From NCBI GenBank assembly GCA_043753995.1, contig JAYUVP010000304.1:348-64347 (forward strand): a stretch of 64,000 bases of DNA, given 5' to 3'. Positions 1 to 10,075 of this stretch are shown piece after piece. The stretch comes from Fibrobacterota bacterium (GTDB taxonomy: Bacteria; Fibrobacterota; Fibrobacteria; UBA11236). The position numbers and the translations under genes are program-made. The notes beneath the pieces were generated by a model. That model saw nothing but the letters and a program-made list of their open reading frames with translations, was not told the DNA's origin and searched no databases. The stretch's first letter is position 1; every line of letters begins with the position of its first letter.

Positions 1-402
1 CGTGCCAACCGAAGCATTGCTGCTTTGATCACCCTTTTCCTCGCGAATTTGATCGCGCTCGCCTTTATTCGCCACGAATTCGATTTTGCCCGAATTGATC
101 AAGGCGCGCTCGATATCATTGATAAAGGTTTCGGTAGAAATATGCTCGTGGCTCTTATTGCGAATTTGCCCGACAATTACCGTGGGCGTCTTATTCGCGC
201 CGACAAACTTGTTCATCCAAGCGCCCGCGAGACAATCTTTCACCATTTCCTGGGCGGTGAGGCGAGAGTCGGTATCATTCCAGCGGCCAGATAAATCGAT
301 GGTCGAATCGTGAGTCACCCGGGTGACCTTATTATTGCTGCATCCCGTGAACGCCATCACAATGGCCAAGAGGGGCGCACAGGCCAGAGCAGCCCTACGC
401 AT
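1..402 (-). CDS. lpoB: Penicillin-binding protein activator LpoB-family lipoprotein (5' part; runs off the window start)
   Basis: Not in the ORF track. Manual translation from ATG at 402 gives MRRAALACAPLLAIVMAFTGCSNNKVTRV...DLSGRWNDTDSRLTAQEMVKDCL...IRNKSHEHISTETFINDIERALINSGKIEFVA, with a lipobox (FTGC) and LpoB-like motifs. Confidence 0.8.
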   Translation of the reverse strand, partial: MRRAALACAPLLAIVMAFTGCSNNKVTRVTHDSTIDLSGRWNDTDSRLTAQEMVKDCLAGAWMNKFVGANKTPTVIVGQIRNKSHEHISTETFINDIERALINSGKIEFVANKGERDQIREEKGDQSSNASVGT

Positions 403-562
403 TTTGGGCAAAAGACGAAAAGCCGAGAAGCTGTTTTGGGGGCGCATGAAAATCCTTTCGAGACTTGACGGCCACAAGTTACTCATTGGCGATGGCCGGG
501 AAAAGCCGGGCAATGTAGCTTGAAGGAGAATCACTTCGCGCCGAACGCGCTACGGAGGTCTC

Positions 563-1177
563 ATGAATCCTGGAAATCATATTCCGCTGGTCTCGGTCGA
601 ATCCATGCCCAAGGGGCCTCGTTTTGCCCGCCATGTGGCTTTTGCCGCCATGGCAGCGGTAGGATGGGCTTCGGCCGCTACTGCCCAAGCCGCAACGACC
701 AAGGAAGAAAAGACGGTAACCGTCATTTCCGCTGACGCCAAAATCGACGGGAGTTCGGAAATCAGCCGCGAAGTCGTCAAGGATTGCATCGCGGCCTTGC
801 CCGATGCTTCCACTCTTGAGCCGGAAATCACCTCGGAAAACCTCTATTTGCGCGAAATCAACGGGGATGCGGGTAAAAGCGAATGGACACGAGTTTACTC
901 CGCGAAACTGGAAGTCAATTACATGCAGACAAAAAAAGAAATGCTTGTGGTGACCACCAAATCGGTGCAGGCGCAAGCACCGGTATTTAAGGAAATCGAT
1001 AAATCCTTAAGGCAATCCCAGTCCTTTGTTTCCGATCCAGCAGGCGGTGACATGTTCGCGGGACGCAGCAAGCGGCAATATTATTTCACCAAGGCCGAGG
1101 GCGCCGCCAAAGACGTGCGCCAACGGGCCCAATCCTGGGTGCAGCAGCACAAATCCGTATTGTGCCCCTCCCCTTAA
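563..1177 (+). CDS. Secreted hypothetical protein
   Basis: 204-aa ORF with a signal-peptide-like stretch (AFAAMAAVGWASAATAQA). Start may be ATG 605. Family not recognised. Confidence 0.6.
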   Translation: MNPGNHIPLVSVESMPKGPRFARHVAFAAMAAVGWASAATAQAATTKEEKTVTVISADAKIDGSSEISREVVKDCIAALPDASTLEPEITSENLYLREINGDAGKSEWTRVYSAKLEVNYMQTKKEMLVVTTKSVQAQAPVFKEIDKSLRQSQSFVSDPAGGDMFAGRSKRQYYFTKAEGAAKDVRQRAQSWVQQHKSVLCPSP

Positions 1178-1191
1178 TTCTGACTCTTATT

Positions 1192-1779
1192 TCAATAGTT
1201 CAATTTCTTGACCCGTGTCGTGCGATGCGGGCTTGAGAAAAGCAAAGCGAAATCAACGCCGGCCAATTGGTCAAAATTTTGATTCGTCACCATGGTGATA
1301 GGCACTCGTAGGCGCAATTGCAAGGCATCGGTGATGTCAAAAAGAATGCCTGGATGAAGGGTTCCCGAAACGCCAAAGGCATCGCCGAATTTGAGTCCAT
1401 TGTCCAAGTATTGCAAGCCTATCCCGACACCGAAGAAAGGCCGAAAGGCGCCTTGGCCAAGGATATAATCCAAGGTGATGCCACCGCCGAAACTACTGCC
1501 GCGCAAAAGCCAATCCACATTGGCGCCTAAGGCGAAATGATCGGCGAATATCGCCGAGGTGGCCACACCTAATTCCAAAAAGGCTTCACTCTTGTCGCGC
1601 AATTCCTCGTTGAGAGCGAATAGGCCGCCCAATTCAGGACCGAAACTAAAGGGACTGAGCGCCACCGTGGTGGTTTCAGGGGTTTCTTTCAGATTGAGCT
1701 CTTCAGCCTGAACCCATTGGGGGGCGCCCAAGCTTAACACGGCCGCGAAGGCGAAGAGAGACTTTGAGGCGAAGGTCAT
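1192..1779 (-). CDS. Small outer-membrane beta-barrel protein (OmpW/OmpA-TM-like)
   Basis: Likely start ATG 1779 with GGAG RBS and signal peptide. Alternating beta-strand patterns (RPFFGVGIGLQY, LHPGILFDI, AGVDFALLF). Confidence 0.6.
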   Translation of the reverse strand: MTFASKSLFAFAAVLSLGAPQWVQAEELNLKETPETTTVALSPFSFGPELGGLFALNEELRDKSEAFLELGVATSAIFADHFALGANVDWLLRGSSFGGGITLDYILGQGAFRPFFGVGIGLQYLDNGLKFGDAFGVSGTLHPGILFDITDALQLRLRVPITMVTNQNFDQLAGVDFALLFSSPHRTTRVKKLNY

Positions 1780-1857
1780 ATTGGACTCCAGGTGAATTCG
1801 AAGAGGAATATATAAAGGGCGCCCTTCCCGGATTGTGCGCGGAAATATCTTTCCAGA

Positions 1858-2562
1858 ATGCCTAATCGACATGTCCATGCCTTTTATCACGTTGCTTTTG
1901 AAAATTTGGCCGCGATTCAACCTTGGCTACAAAACCATGGCTGGACCGTAAGTCAAACGCGATGGGATTTAGGCGATACGGCCCCAGAAACGAATGCTTA
2001 TGACTGGCTCATTGTCATGGGCGGCCCGATGGGTGTGCATGATGAAGCCGAATTGCCTTGGCTGCGCCAGGAAAAACAAGCCATTCGCGAGGCTATCACG
2101 GCGGGTAAACCGGTTTTAGGCCTATGCTTAGGAGCGCAACTCATGGCCGATGTTTTGGGTGCCAATGTCACGCGCAATCCGCATAAGGAAATCGGCTGGC
2201 ATTCCGTGGGGCTTGAGGAAAATGCTGAAGCGACATGGCTACACCAGGCCATGCCGGAGTCTTTGCTCACTTTTCATTGGCATGGCGACACTTTTGCCCT
2301 CCCGCCCAATGCCGTGCGACTTGCCCATTCTGAGGGCTGTGCGAATCAAGGCTTTATTGTTGGCGACAAGGTAGTGGGCCTACAATTTCATCCCGAGGTC
2401 ATGCCTGAAGGCATCGCAGCTTTGATTCAAAATTGTGCATCGGATTTAAAGGCGGGACCCTTTGTGCAAAGCCCCGATCAAATCGCGGGACGTCCAGATT
2501 ATTTCGCGGCCAACCGCGTATTCTTAGAGGAATTGCTATCGGGATTGGCTTCTCGGGCTTAG
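1858..2562 (+). CDS. Type 1 glutamine amidotransferase (GMP-synthase-like)
   Basis: GGPM, GLCLGAQL nucleophile and QFHPE motifs. Confidence 0.92.
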   Translation: MPNRHVHAFYHVAFENLAAIQPWLQNHGWTVSQTRWDLGDTAPETNAYDWLIVMGGPMGVHDEAELPWLRQEKQAIREAITAGKPVLGLCLGAQLMADVLGANVTRNPHKEIGWHSVGLEENAEATWLHQAMPESLLTFHWHGDTFALPPNAVRLAHSEGCANQGFIVGDKVVGLQFHPEVMPEGIAALIQNCASDLKAGPFVQSPDQIAGRPDYFAANRVFLEELLSGLASRA

Positions 2563-2575
2563 GGCTCCAACGCTT

Positions 2576-3610
2576 CTAATACCCGAAATTTGTTCCCAGG
2601 GTATCGATTTTAAGCGGCTTCATCCAAATATTTCGAAAGCGCACGTCACCGCTTTCATTCTGCATTTTAAGGCCATATAAAACCGCATTCATCTCCTCGC
2701 CGCTGTGATTGGCCAGGCCGCTGGCGACGCCCTTCACCTTGCGGTTGAGATGAATGAGCACGCCATTCCACCATACCGACATCATGGCCAGAGTATCGCC
2801 AGGGCCTTGGGTATTGCCATTTCGGTAACGGGCGGTTCGAAAGGTGATGTCATAAGCCTGCCATTGACCATTGGCACGCATGGGATTGGCGCTGGGACGG
2901 TATTCCCTGACGATTGATCCGACCGAATGATTGTCACGCTGGGCACCGCTAAGTATTTGTAATTCGTATCGACTTTGCACATAAATGCCGCTATTAAATT
3001 CACCCATTCCGATCCATTCGATATGCCATTGCACATCGCCGTGGGCCTTTTTGCTTTGAAGGTCATGATAACCCCAAAAATGGTCCTCGCTGCAACACGA
3101 TCGCATGGAGGCGCGAAGGCTATCGGTTGGAAATTTCGGATCGTTGGCGATTTTAAAAGTAATGTCGGTGACAGGAGGGCGTTGTCCACCCTTTTGGTAA
3201 GCGGTGTCGAATCGCCACCAAGGCTTCCAGTTGGCCTGCATTTCTTTTTCCGCCGCTGCGGCGCCTTGGCTTCCGTCGAAAAGTATTTCCGCACCATAGG
3301 GCGGCTTCGCGCCAATATCCAGAGCGCGCGGGGGATAGTCGAGCACGATGTCGCCGAGTTTGCTTTGGCCTTCTTCAAAGTTCACGGTTCGGCTCAGCAA
3401 TTTTTCCTTGCTGACGATTAAGCGGGCTGCGGAAGTAGGAATCTCGAAGCGGCCAGCGCTGTCGGTTTGGGTGCTACATCCACCCAAGATTTGAATTGTG
3501 GCCCCAGGCACGGGGGCATTCAGGGCTCTTTCCAAGACGCGCCCGGTAATGGCCCATGATGAGGATACACCCATCCCGATGCAAACCAGTATGCCGGTAA
3601 TAAGGTTCAT
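2576..3610 (-). CDS. DUF1080 (3-keto-disaccharide hydrolase-like) protein with N-terminal carboxypeptidase-regulatory-like domain
   Basis: Signal peptide; LFDG, NSGIYVQSRYELQI, GQWQAYDITF and LQ/NESGDVRFRNIWMKPL-type motifs. Confidence 0.8.
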   Translation of the reverse strand: MNLITGILVCIGMGVSSSWAITGRVLERALNAPVPGATIQILGGCSTQTDSAGRFEIPTSAARLIVSKEKLLSRTVNFEEGQSKLGDIVLDYPPRALDIGAKPPYGAEILFDGSQGAAAAEKEMQANWKPWWRFDTAYQKGGQRPPVTDITFKIANDPKFPTDSLRASMRSCCSEDHFWGYHDLQSKKAHGDVQWHIEWIGMGEFNSGIYVQSRYELQILSGAQRDNHSVGSIVREYRPSANPMRANGQWQAYDITFRTARYRNGNTQGPGDTLAMMSVWWNGVLIHLNRKVKGVASGLANHSGEEMNAVLYGLKMQNESGDVRFRNIWMKPLKIDTLGTNFGY

Positions 3611-5052
3611 GACCGAGGTTTCAAACTAGGGTCATGCTTGGCTTCCTGCATTACTCGCAAGGCGGCCAAGGCTCGTTCGCGGGCAGGAGCATGCTCAACC
3701 AGGGGGAAAGGGTAATCGCGGCCCAGCATGACTCCGGCCTCGGCCAAAGTCAAAGGCGCGGCAGCGAAGGGCTGGTGAATATCGCGATCGGAAAGCCGCT
3801 TCAATTCCGGCACCCAGCGGCGGATATAATCTCCCGCCTCATCGAATCGTTGGGATTGCGTGACGGGATGAAAAATTCGAAAGTAAGGCGCGGCATCGGC
3901 ACCTGAACCTGCCACCCATTGCCAGCCCATGGTATTGTTGGCGAGGTCGGCATCGACCAGAGTATCCCAAAACCACGCGGCTCCCGCCTGCCAAGGCAAA
4001 AGCAAATGCTTGACGAGAATGGAGGCCGCCACCATGCGCACGCGATTATGCATGAAGCCGGTGGCCCACAATTCGCGCATGCCCGCATCCACCAGGGGAT
4101 AGCCGGTTCGTCCCTGCTGCCAAGCTTTTAAGGCCTTGGCGTCTTTGCGCCAGGGAAAGTGCGCAAAAGCGGGGCGTAAAGGTTGTTCGGGCGTATGCGG
4201 AAAATGCCGCAGCAAGTGATGCGCAAATTCGCGCCACCACAATTGCCTTATCCATCCCGTGGCCTTGACGCTATTGGCAGCATGCCACAAAGTGCGTGGG
4301 CCGACTTCACCGAAATGCAAATGGGGGGATAGGCCTGAGATTCCCTCGCGAGCCGGAAAATCCCGGTCGCGATCATAAGCTGAGGCGCCTTCCTGAAGGA
4401 AATGCTTAAGCCTTGCCGTGGCGCCAGCTTCTCCGGGAGTCCAGGCATTACGCAGACCAGAATCCCAGTTCAGGCGCGGCAACAAATTCAATGCATCCAG
4501 CTTTAAGCCTGACAGGGGTTTATCTAAAGCTTGAACGCGCTTCGGTGTTGGATAGGGGCTATCCGGGATACCATCGGCCATACGTGATTTGTAAAATGGC
4601 GTGAAGACTTGATAAGGCTTGCCTTGGCCATTGAGCCCGCGCAGAGGATTGTGAAGCAAATGGGCATCGCCGCTGATTTCGACCTGGATGCCGCGAGTTC
4701 GCAAGATCTTGGCAAGGGTGGCATCGCGCACATCCAAACCGGGTTCGGGCAATTCATTCCAGTAAACTGAAACCACTCCACTTTCCTCAGCGAGGCTGAG
4801 CAAATGCTTCTGTGTATTTCCCTGGCGCAATACTAGGGTGACACCGTGCTTGCCGAGAGCCTTATCCAGCGCAGCAAGGCTGTGATGCAGCCACCAGCGG
4901 GAAGCTGCACCGGGTGCCCAGGGCTTTTCCTCGTCGGGGGCCCAGATAAAAACGGCGATCAGGGGTAGCTTCGATGCTACGGCGGAAAACCAGGCGGGAT
5001 TGTCTCCCAGCCGCAAATCACGGCGAAACCAAAGGAGGGCGGGGGAGGGCAT
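3607..5052 (-). CDS. phrB: Deoxyribodipyrimidine photolyase (class I CPD)
   Basis: WFRRDLRLGDN, SGLSPHLHFGE, WQQGRTGYPLVDAGMREL, MHNRVRM and DADLANNTMGWQW motifs. Confidence 0.95.
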   Translation of the reverse strand: MPSPALLWFRRDLRLGDNPAWFSAVASKLPLIAVFIWAPDEEKPWAPGAASRWWLHHSLAALDKALGKHGVTLVLRQGNTQKHLLSLAEESGVVSVYWNELPEPGLDVRDATLAKILRTRGIQVEISGDAHLLHNPLRGLNGQGKPYQVFTPFYKSRMADGIPDSPYPTPKRVQALDKPLSGLKLDALNLLPRLNWDSGLRNAWTPGEAGATARLKHFLQEGASAYDRDRDFPAREGISGLSPHLHFGEVGPRTLWHAANSVKATGWIRQLWWREFAHHLLRHFPHTPEQPLRPAFAHFPWRKDAKALKAWQQGRTGYPLVDAGMRELWATGFMHNRVRMVAASILVKHLLLPWQAGAAWFWDTLVDADLANNTMGWQWVAGSGADAAPYFRIFHPVTQSQRFDEAGDYIRRWVPELKRLSDRDIHQPFAAAPLTLAEAGVMLGRDYPFPLVEHAPARERALAALRVMQEAKHDPSLKPRS

Positions 5053-5101
5053 GTCGAAGCGGTCAATTGGGTTCGAGATGCCCGGAGCTGAAAAGGTCAG
5101 G

Positions 5102-6547
5102 CTAAAAAAGGCTTACGGTTTGCGATACCCATTCTTGGCCGCGCAACATTTTCGCGAAATACATCCCCGGCGCCAAAGTGATTTCCTTTTCAGTGGCCAA
5201 ATCGACTGCGGAGAAGGATTGCATCAGGTGTCCCGAGGTGTCGTAAATTTGCATTGCCTGGGTACCCTCGCCAAAACCGTCGCGAACCTTCCAACCCTGT
5301 GAATTTTTGTGAAAAGATTTTTGCAGGCCTTTTTGTTTGCGCAACTTTTCCAAGTTAGTGCCCGAAGGTCGCAAATCGGGGCTTTCCAAACGATAGATGA
5401 TGCCTTCGCGAGTGAGCACATAAAGCGAGCCCGCATTGTCCGTGGCGAAAGAGGTGGGATGTTGATTGACAAAGGTCGTCATTTTTAAGTTCTCGCCTAC
5501 TTTTCCACCCGCAAGCGTGATGGCATGCATTTCCCCATTGGTATAGTCCGCGTAAAAGTAGGCCCCGTAAAAAGGCGAGGCAGGATTGGCGCGAAAAACA
5601 TGACCGCCAATCACGCATTGCGCGGCTGCAATCTTATAATCCAAGATCGGTAATACTAGACCGGTTTTATTGCAGGTTTCCGCGGTATTGCCATAACAAT
5701 GAGTCCCTTCCATGGTATTCCAACCCATATTGCCGCCTTTAGGAACCACATCCACTTCTTCATAGGCGTTTTGCCCTACATCGCCGACCCACAAAGTATC
5801 GGGATGGAGTGGATCAAAGCTCCACTTCCAGGGATTTCGAAGTCCATAGGCCCAAATTTCAGGCTTGGTGCCGGTTTCGCCAACAAAGGGATTGTCCGCC
5901 GGGATGCCGTAATTGTTTCCGTTTTCAGCCTTGTTGACATCGACTCTTAATATTTTGCCGAATAGTGTGTTTTTGTTCTGGCCGTTTTTTTTCGGATCGC
6001 CGCCATCTCCTCCATCGCCGAAACCGACATACAGATATCCGTCCTTAGCATTGAAACCAATGGTACCGCCATCGTGATTCCAGAAGGGCTGGTCGAATTG
6101 AAATAGGGTTTTGGCGGGGCTGCCGGAGTCCTTGATAAAGGTGGCATCGGTGAGTCGCTCTTCGACAATGCTCTGGTAATTTCCGGTGGGATTGTAACTC
6201 ACGTAATACTTTTTATTCTCAGCGAACTTGGGATGAAAGGCAAATCCCAGCATTCCCATTTCATCGTTTTGTTGGACATTGACGTGAAACAGGGTGTCCT
6301 TGATCCAGTTTCCATTGTCTTTATGAACCACCAAGACATTGCCGCGCGCCTGCTCCAGAACGACGAAAAATCCGGGTTTATTCGGATATTCGGCCATGAA
6401 AACGGGGCTTCCGAATTTCGCCTTGCCTTCAAAAGCATCGACATAGGTCACGTTATTGGGAAGTGCACCCCAGGACAGCAGGACGGCCCCCAGTAAAGTG
6501 GCGAAGGAAAGGCGGGTTTGCCGCATGAATCGGTGTTTTGAACTCAT
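5102..6547 (-). CDS. PQQ-dependent sugar dehydrogenase (glucose/sorbosone DH beta-propeller) with T9SS-like C-terminal tail
   Basis: GMLGFAFHPKF, NHDGGTIGF, GKILRVD, EIWAYGLRNPW and GDVGQNAYEEVD motifs. Likely start ATG 6547 (ORF extends to 6613). Confidence 0.88.
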   Translation of the reverse strand: MSSKHRFMRQTRLSFATLLGAVLLSWGALPNNVTYVDAFEGKAKFGSPVFMAEYPNKPGFFVVLEQARGNVLVVHKDNGNWIKDTLFHVNVQQNDEMGMLGFAFHPKFAENKKYYVSYNPTGNYQSIVEERLTDATFIKDSGSPAKTLFQFDQPFWNHDGGTIGFNAKDGYLYVGFGDGGDGGDPKKNGQNKNTLFGKILRVDVNKAENGNNYGIPADNPFVGETGTKPEIWAYGLRNPWKWSFDPLHPDTLWVGDVGQNAYEEVDVVPKGGNMGWNTMEGTHCYGNTAETCNKTGLVLPILDYKIAAAQCVIGGHVFRANPASPFYGAYFYADYTNGEMHAITLAGGKVGENLKMTTFVNQHPTSFATDNAGSLYVLTREGIIYRLESPDLRPSGTNLEKLRKQKGLQKSFHKNSQGWKVRDGFGEGTQAMQIYDTSGHLMQSFSAVDLATEKEITLAPGMYFAKMLRGQEWVSQTVSLF

Positions 6548-6684
6548 TGTGACCTCAGGCATGGCAAAAAGGATACACCTTAGAACACAAGCAACAATAG
6601 GGAAAACAGCCAAGATTCATCTTTTGCTGAACGAAAAAATCAGTCAAAATACGGTTTCAGTCGGTTTTCATCCCTCAGAAAACC

Positions 6685-6743
6685 TTGACATTCTGTCGCA
6701 ACCGCATTAATTTCCGGAAACTTTGAGAACGAAGAAAGTTTCC
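6685..6743 (+). promoter_or_regulatory. Sigma70 promoter of the tetR-efflux operon with an adjacent inverted-repeat operator
   Basis: TTGACA (6685-6690), 17 bp, TAATTT (6708-6713), followed by GGAAACTTT-N10-AAAGTTTCC (6716-6743). Confidence 0.65.
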
Positions 6744-6808
6744 ATGGTAGCGGCAGTTTCCAAAAAGCACCCTATTTTATCGGGTTTTTCCTCATTTTAA
6801 GTCTATTT

Positions 6809-7486
6809 ATGGAGAATTTCCCCATTGACTCTGAAGCGTCGTTGCAACGATCCCCTGAGGTGGGTGAGAGCGGCGGAGATGAGAAGCTCGTTTTGCGTGA
6901 GCGGATTTTGATTACCGCTCGGGAGCAATATATGCGCTTGGGGTTTTCCCGAGTGACTATGGACGAAACGGCTTCGGCCTTGGGTATAAGCAAGAAAACG
7001 CTTTATCAGCATTTTGAAAGCAAAGAGGACTTGGTGAAGGCTGTTTGCGACCATCATCAGTTGGAAACCGATGCGGGCTTGCGAAATATTCATCAAAACC
7101 CCCATTGGTCGCCTCTAGAAAAGCTGCGTCGGCAAAGCGCCTTCATCGCTGAAATATTCGGGCGCATGAGCCCTAGCCTCATTCACGATTTACAGCGCAG
7201 CCAGCCGGAGATTTGGCGACAGGTTCAGGATTCGCGCAAGCACTGCATCGAAACCGATTTCGTGGCCTTGGTCCGCGAAGGCCAAAAACAGGGGACGTTT
7301 CGCTCCGACATCGACGAGCGGGTCTTTCTCAAGGTGTACATGGCTGCCATTGACGGCGTATTGCAGCCAGCTGTCTTGGCCGAGCTTCCTATACGGCCAG
7401 ATGAAGTCTATGAAACGGTATCGCGGATTTTGTTCGAAGGTTTTCTCACCGATACGGCGAGGATGGATTACCATGTTAAAACGTGA
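6809..7486 (+). CDS. TetR/AcrR family transcriptional regulator
   Basis: N-terminal HTH: GFSRVTMDETASALGISKKTLYQHFESKEDL. Confidence 0.93.
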   Translation: MENFPIDSEASLQRSPEVGESGGDEKLVLRERILITAREQYMRLGFSRVTMDETASALGISKKTLYQHFESKEDLVKAVCDHHQLETDAGLRNIHQNPHWSPLEKLRRQSAFIAEIFGRMSPSLIHDLQRSQPEIWRQVQDSRKHCIETDFVALVREGQKQGTFRSDIDERVFLKVYMAAIDGVLQPAVLAELPIRPDEVYETVSRILFEGFLTDTARMDYHVKT

Positions 7487-8858
7487 TTGGAATCACGATA
7501 TGAGTTCAGCAGGACTGCTAGGCCTACTGGGCCTCGTTCTAGCCGCCGCTCCGGTGCGAGCCGGCGTGACCTTGTACGATGCCATCGAGGCAGCGCAAAA
7601 GCTGAGCGAAGAGGCTTTGCTGCTCGAAGAAAAAGACACGCGGCTGCATCACCAGAAAAACGAATTATGGGCCGGCGGTCTTCCCAGCGTGCAGGGCTAT
7701 GCCAATGCGGGTCGCGGTGCTCAACCCATCAATACCTCCATGTTCGGATCCTTGGGTGGTGGAGGGGACAGTGCCGGCTCGCAAAGAATGCCACCTGCCA
7801 TTAATCTGCAACAAGACATGTTCAGCTATGGTATACAGGTAACCCAGCCGATATATGCCTTTGGCCGATTGGGCCAGGCCTTTAAGGTGGCGGAGCTGAC
7901 CATAGACGCACAAAAGCGAAACAAGACGCGTTCCTTGCAGCAAATTCAATTGCAAGCTCTGGATGCTTGGTACGGCGTGGTGACCAGCCGCGCTCGCATG
8001 CAAGTACTTGAAGCCTCGCTTAAGCGCCAAAAAGAAACCGTGGCCTTCATGCAGAGCAATTTCAATATGGGCTCGGGATTGCGCGCCCAGGTTTTGCTTG
8101 CGGTGGCTTCGCTCAAAGGTCTTGAGCCCGAACATATTCGCGCTAAACAGGGTGCTATCGCTTCCGGCATGGCCTTGAATCGCCTATTGGGCAAGGCAGT
8201 GGATGAAGCTGTCGATCCTGACACTTCGGTTCATCTCTCGGCCTTGGATCAAGCTCTAGTTCGAGATGAACAAACCGTCGCCAAATCCATCGAAGCGCGA
8301 CCCGATCTGCAAGCCTTGAGCCTGCAGCGCCAGGCCTTGGACGGCACGGCAAAGGCTTATCGCATGCTCTATCGCCCATCGCTGGGCTTTCAGGGCAAGC
8401 TGGGTATGATGGCCTATCATTTGAATCAACTGGGTGAGTTTGAGCAAAACAAGGATTGGTCGATTGGTTTGGGCTTGACCTGGAATTTGTTCGACGGACT
8501 TTCTTCCTCCTCCAAAGCGAATGAATTTCAAAGCGATGCTCGTGGTCTCGCCTTGGTCGAAAGGCAAGCCTCGAAATTCGCCAAAATTGAAATCGAGACG
8601 GCCTTTCAAGAACGCGATGCCTCGGACTCGGCATATGGCGCTGCCGTCGAGGCCGTCAAGGCTGCCACCGAAGCCGTGGAATTGCTCACCCAGGATTTTC
8701 GCGCCGGTAAAGGCAATGTCACCGACTTGCTGCAAGCCGAAGAAGGCCTGCGCAATGCCGAATTCGGCGTGCTTGCTTCACGCTATCAAATGGCCCGCAG
8801 CCGCGCGGCCCTACGTATCGCTTTAGGTTTGAATTTGATGAATCAGGAGGCCCCATGA
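7473..8858 (+). CDS. TolC-family outer-membrane efflux protein
   Basis: Likely start ATG 7473 overlapping the tetR end; signal peptide; OEP repeats (QPIYAFG, LTWNLFDG, DLLQAE). Confidence 0.88.
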   Translation: MLKRDWNHDMSSAGLLGLLGLVLAAAPVRAGVTLYDAIEAAQKLSEEALLLEEKDTRLHHQKNELWAGGLPSVQGYANAGRGAQPINTSMFGSLGGGGDSAGSQRMPPAINLQQDMFSYGIQVTQPIYAFGRLGQAFKVAELTIDAQKRNKTRSLQQIQLQALDAWYGVVTSRARMQVLEASLKRQKETVAFMQSNFNMGSGLRAQVLLAVASLKGLEPEHIRAKQGAIASGMALNRLLGKAVDEAVDPDTSVHLSALDQALVRDEQTVAKSIEARPDLQALSLQRQALDGTAKAYRMLYRPSLGFQGKLGMMAYHLNQLGEFEQNKDWSIGLGLTWNLFDGLSSSSKANEFQSDARGLALVERQASKFAKIEIETAFQERDASDSAYGAAVEAVKAATEAVELLTQDFRAGKGNVTDLLQAEEGLRNAEFGVLASRYQMARSRAALRIALGLNLMNQEAP

Positions 8859-9970
8859 CCGCCCATCGCTTCGGGAAGGAGATTTCCATGCCCGCCTTGA
8901 AAACGGCCAACCGTACCCTTTATCCCCGCTCTTTGGCGGCCTTGGCTGTGGTTTCGTTGGCCTTGGGACTTGCTTCCTGCAAGAAAGAGGAAGGCAAGGA
9001 AGACGCGCACGCTGAAAAAAGCACCAAGGTAACGGCCGACAGCAATGTCGTCGTTCGAGTGGTCGTGCAGAAAGTGCAAGCCGTCCCATTTGAGGATTGG
9101 AGCACGTACTCCGCTGATTTACGTGGCGGACGCGATGCCGTTCTCAGTGCCGGAGGTGGTGGACGCGTCAATAGCATGGCGAAAATCGGTAAGGTGGTCA
9201 AGGCTGGAGAAGCTTTGTGCGACATCGAAACCGATCGCTACGAAGCCATGCTGAAGCAAGCTCGGTCAGGAATGGATTTGGCGAAAGCCGAAGTCGATCG
9301 TATGCAAAACAATGTCGACAAAGGCTTTGTCGGCAAGACGGCTCTCGACCAAGCCAACTTTGCCTTTCAACAAGCGCGAGTCGGGTTCTTGCAAGCGCGA
9401 CGGGCCTATGAGGACAGCCGTTGCCAAGCGCCCTTTGCCGGAATTTTGGCAAGTCGTTATGTCGAAGAATTCAATACTGCTCCTCCTGGATCGCCCACCG
9501 TTCGCATTTTCTCCCTGGATCGACTCGAAGCTGTGGTTGCCATTCCCGAATCGGAGAGCTTCGGCTATCGCGAGGGACAGCCTGCCGAATTCATGGATTT
9601 AAGCTCAGGCAAAATCACCAAGGGCCACATCAAAACCATCGATCGCGCGGTGGAATCGAAAAATCGAACCGTTATGGCCCGGGTCGAATTGCCCGGAACC
9701 CAAATGCTCAAACCTGGCATGGTGGGACGCGTGCGAGTCTTGCGCCAAAAAATGGACAAGGCCCTAGTCGTACCCTCCCAAGCTGTGCTGCGTTTGCAAA
9801 ACGGCACCGCGGTCATGATTGTGAAAGACAATCATGCCTCGCAAGTGGCCGTGACCTTGGGATCGACAACGGGAGATTCTGTTCTCGTGACATCGGGTTT
9901 GCAGGAAGGCGATGCCCTCATTACCACGGGCGGCTTCCAGGTCACCGACGGCACTCGAGTGTCCTTCTAA
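8855..9970 (+). CDS. RND efflux periplasmic adaptor (membrane fusion protein)
   Basis: Lipobox LASC; lipoyl-like halves (VKAGEALCDIE, CQAPFAGI); LKPGMVGRV. Confidence 0.9.
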   Translation: MTAHRFGKEISMPALKTANRTLYPRSLAALAVVSLALGLASCKKEEGKEDAHAEKSTKVTADSNVVVRVVVQKVQAVPFEDWSTYSADLRGGRDAVLSAGGGGRVNSMAKIGKVVKAGEALCDIETDRYEAMLKQARSGMDLAKAEVDRMQNNVDKGFVGKTALDQANFAFQQARVGFLQARRAYEDSRCQAPFAGILASRYVEEFNTAPPGSPTVRIFSLDRLEAVVAIPESESFGYREGQPAEFMDLSSGKITKGHIKTIDRAVESKNRTVMARVELPGTQMLKPGMVGRVRVLRQKMDKALVVPSQAVLRLQNGTAVMIVKDNHASQVAVTLGSTTGDSVLVTSGLQEGDALITTGGFQVTDGTRVSF

Positions 9971-10075
9971 GCTCAAGTAAAAATTTTGAAGTGAAGAGTC
10001 GAAAGTGAAACTTGTAATTCTGGTGAGAAAAGCATGCGGGGGGCGGCCGAGCCGCACCGCATTTGAAAGGCGCTC

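Noticed and set aside
479-976. Long antisense or alternative-frame ORFs in the track (e.g. 479-976, 2782-3378, 11810-12526, 54614-55171)
   Set aside because: They overlap better-supported genes and show no recognisable motifs; typical shadow ORFs in GC-rich DNA.
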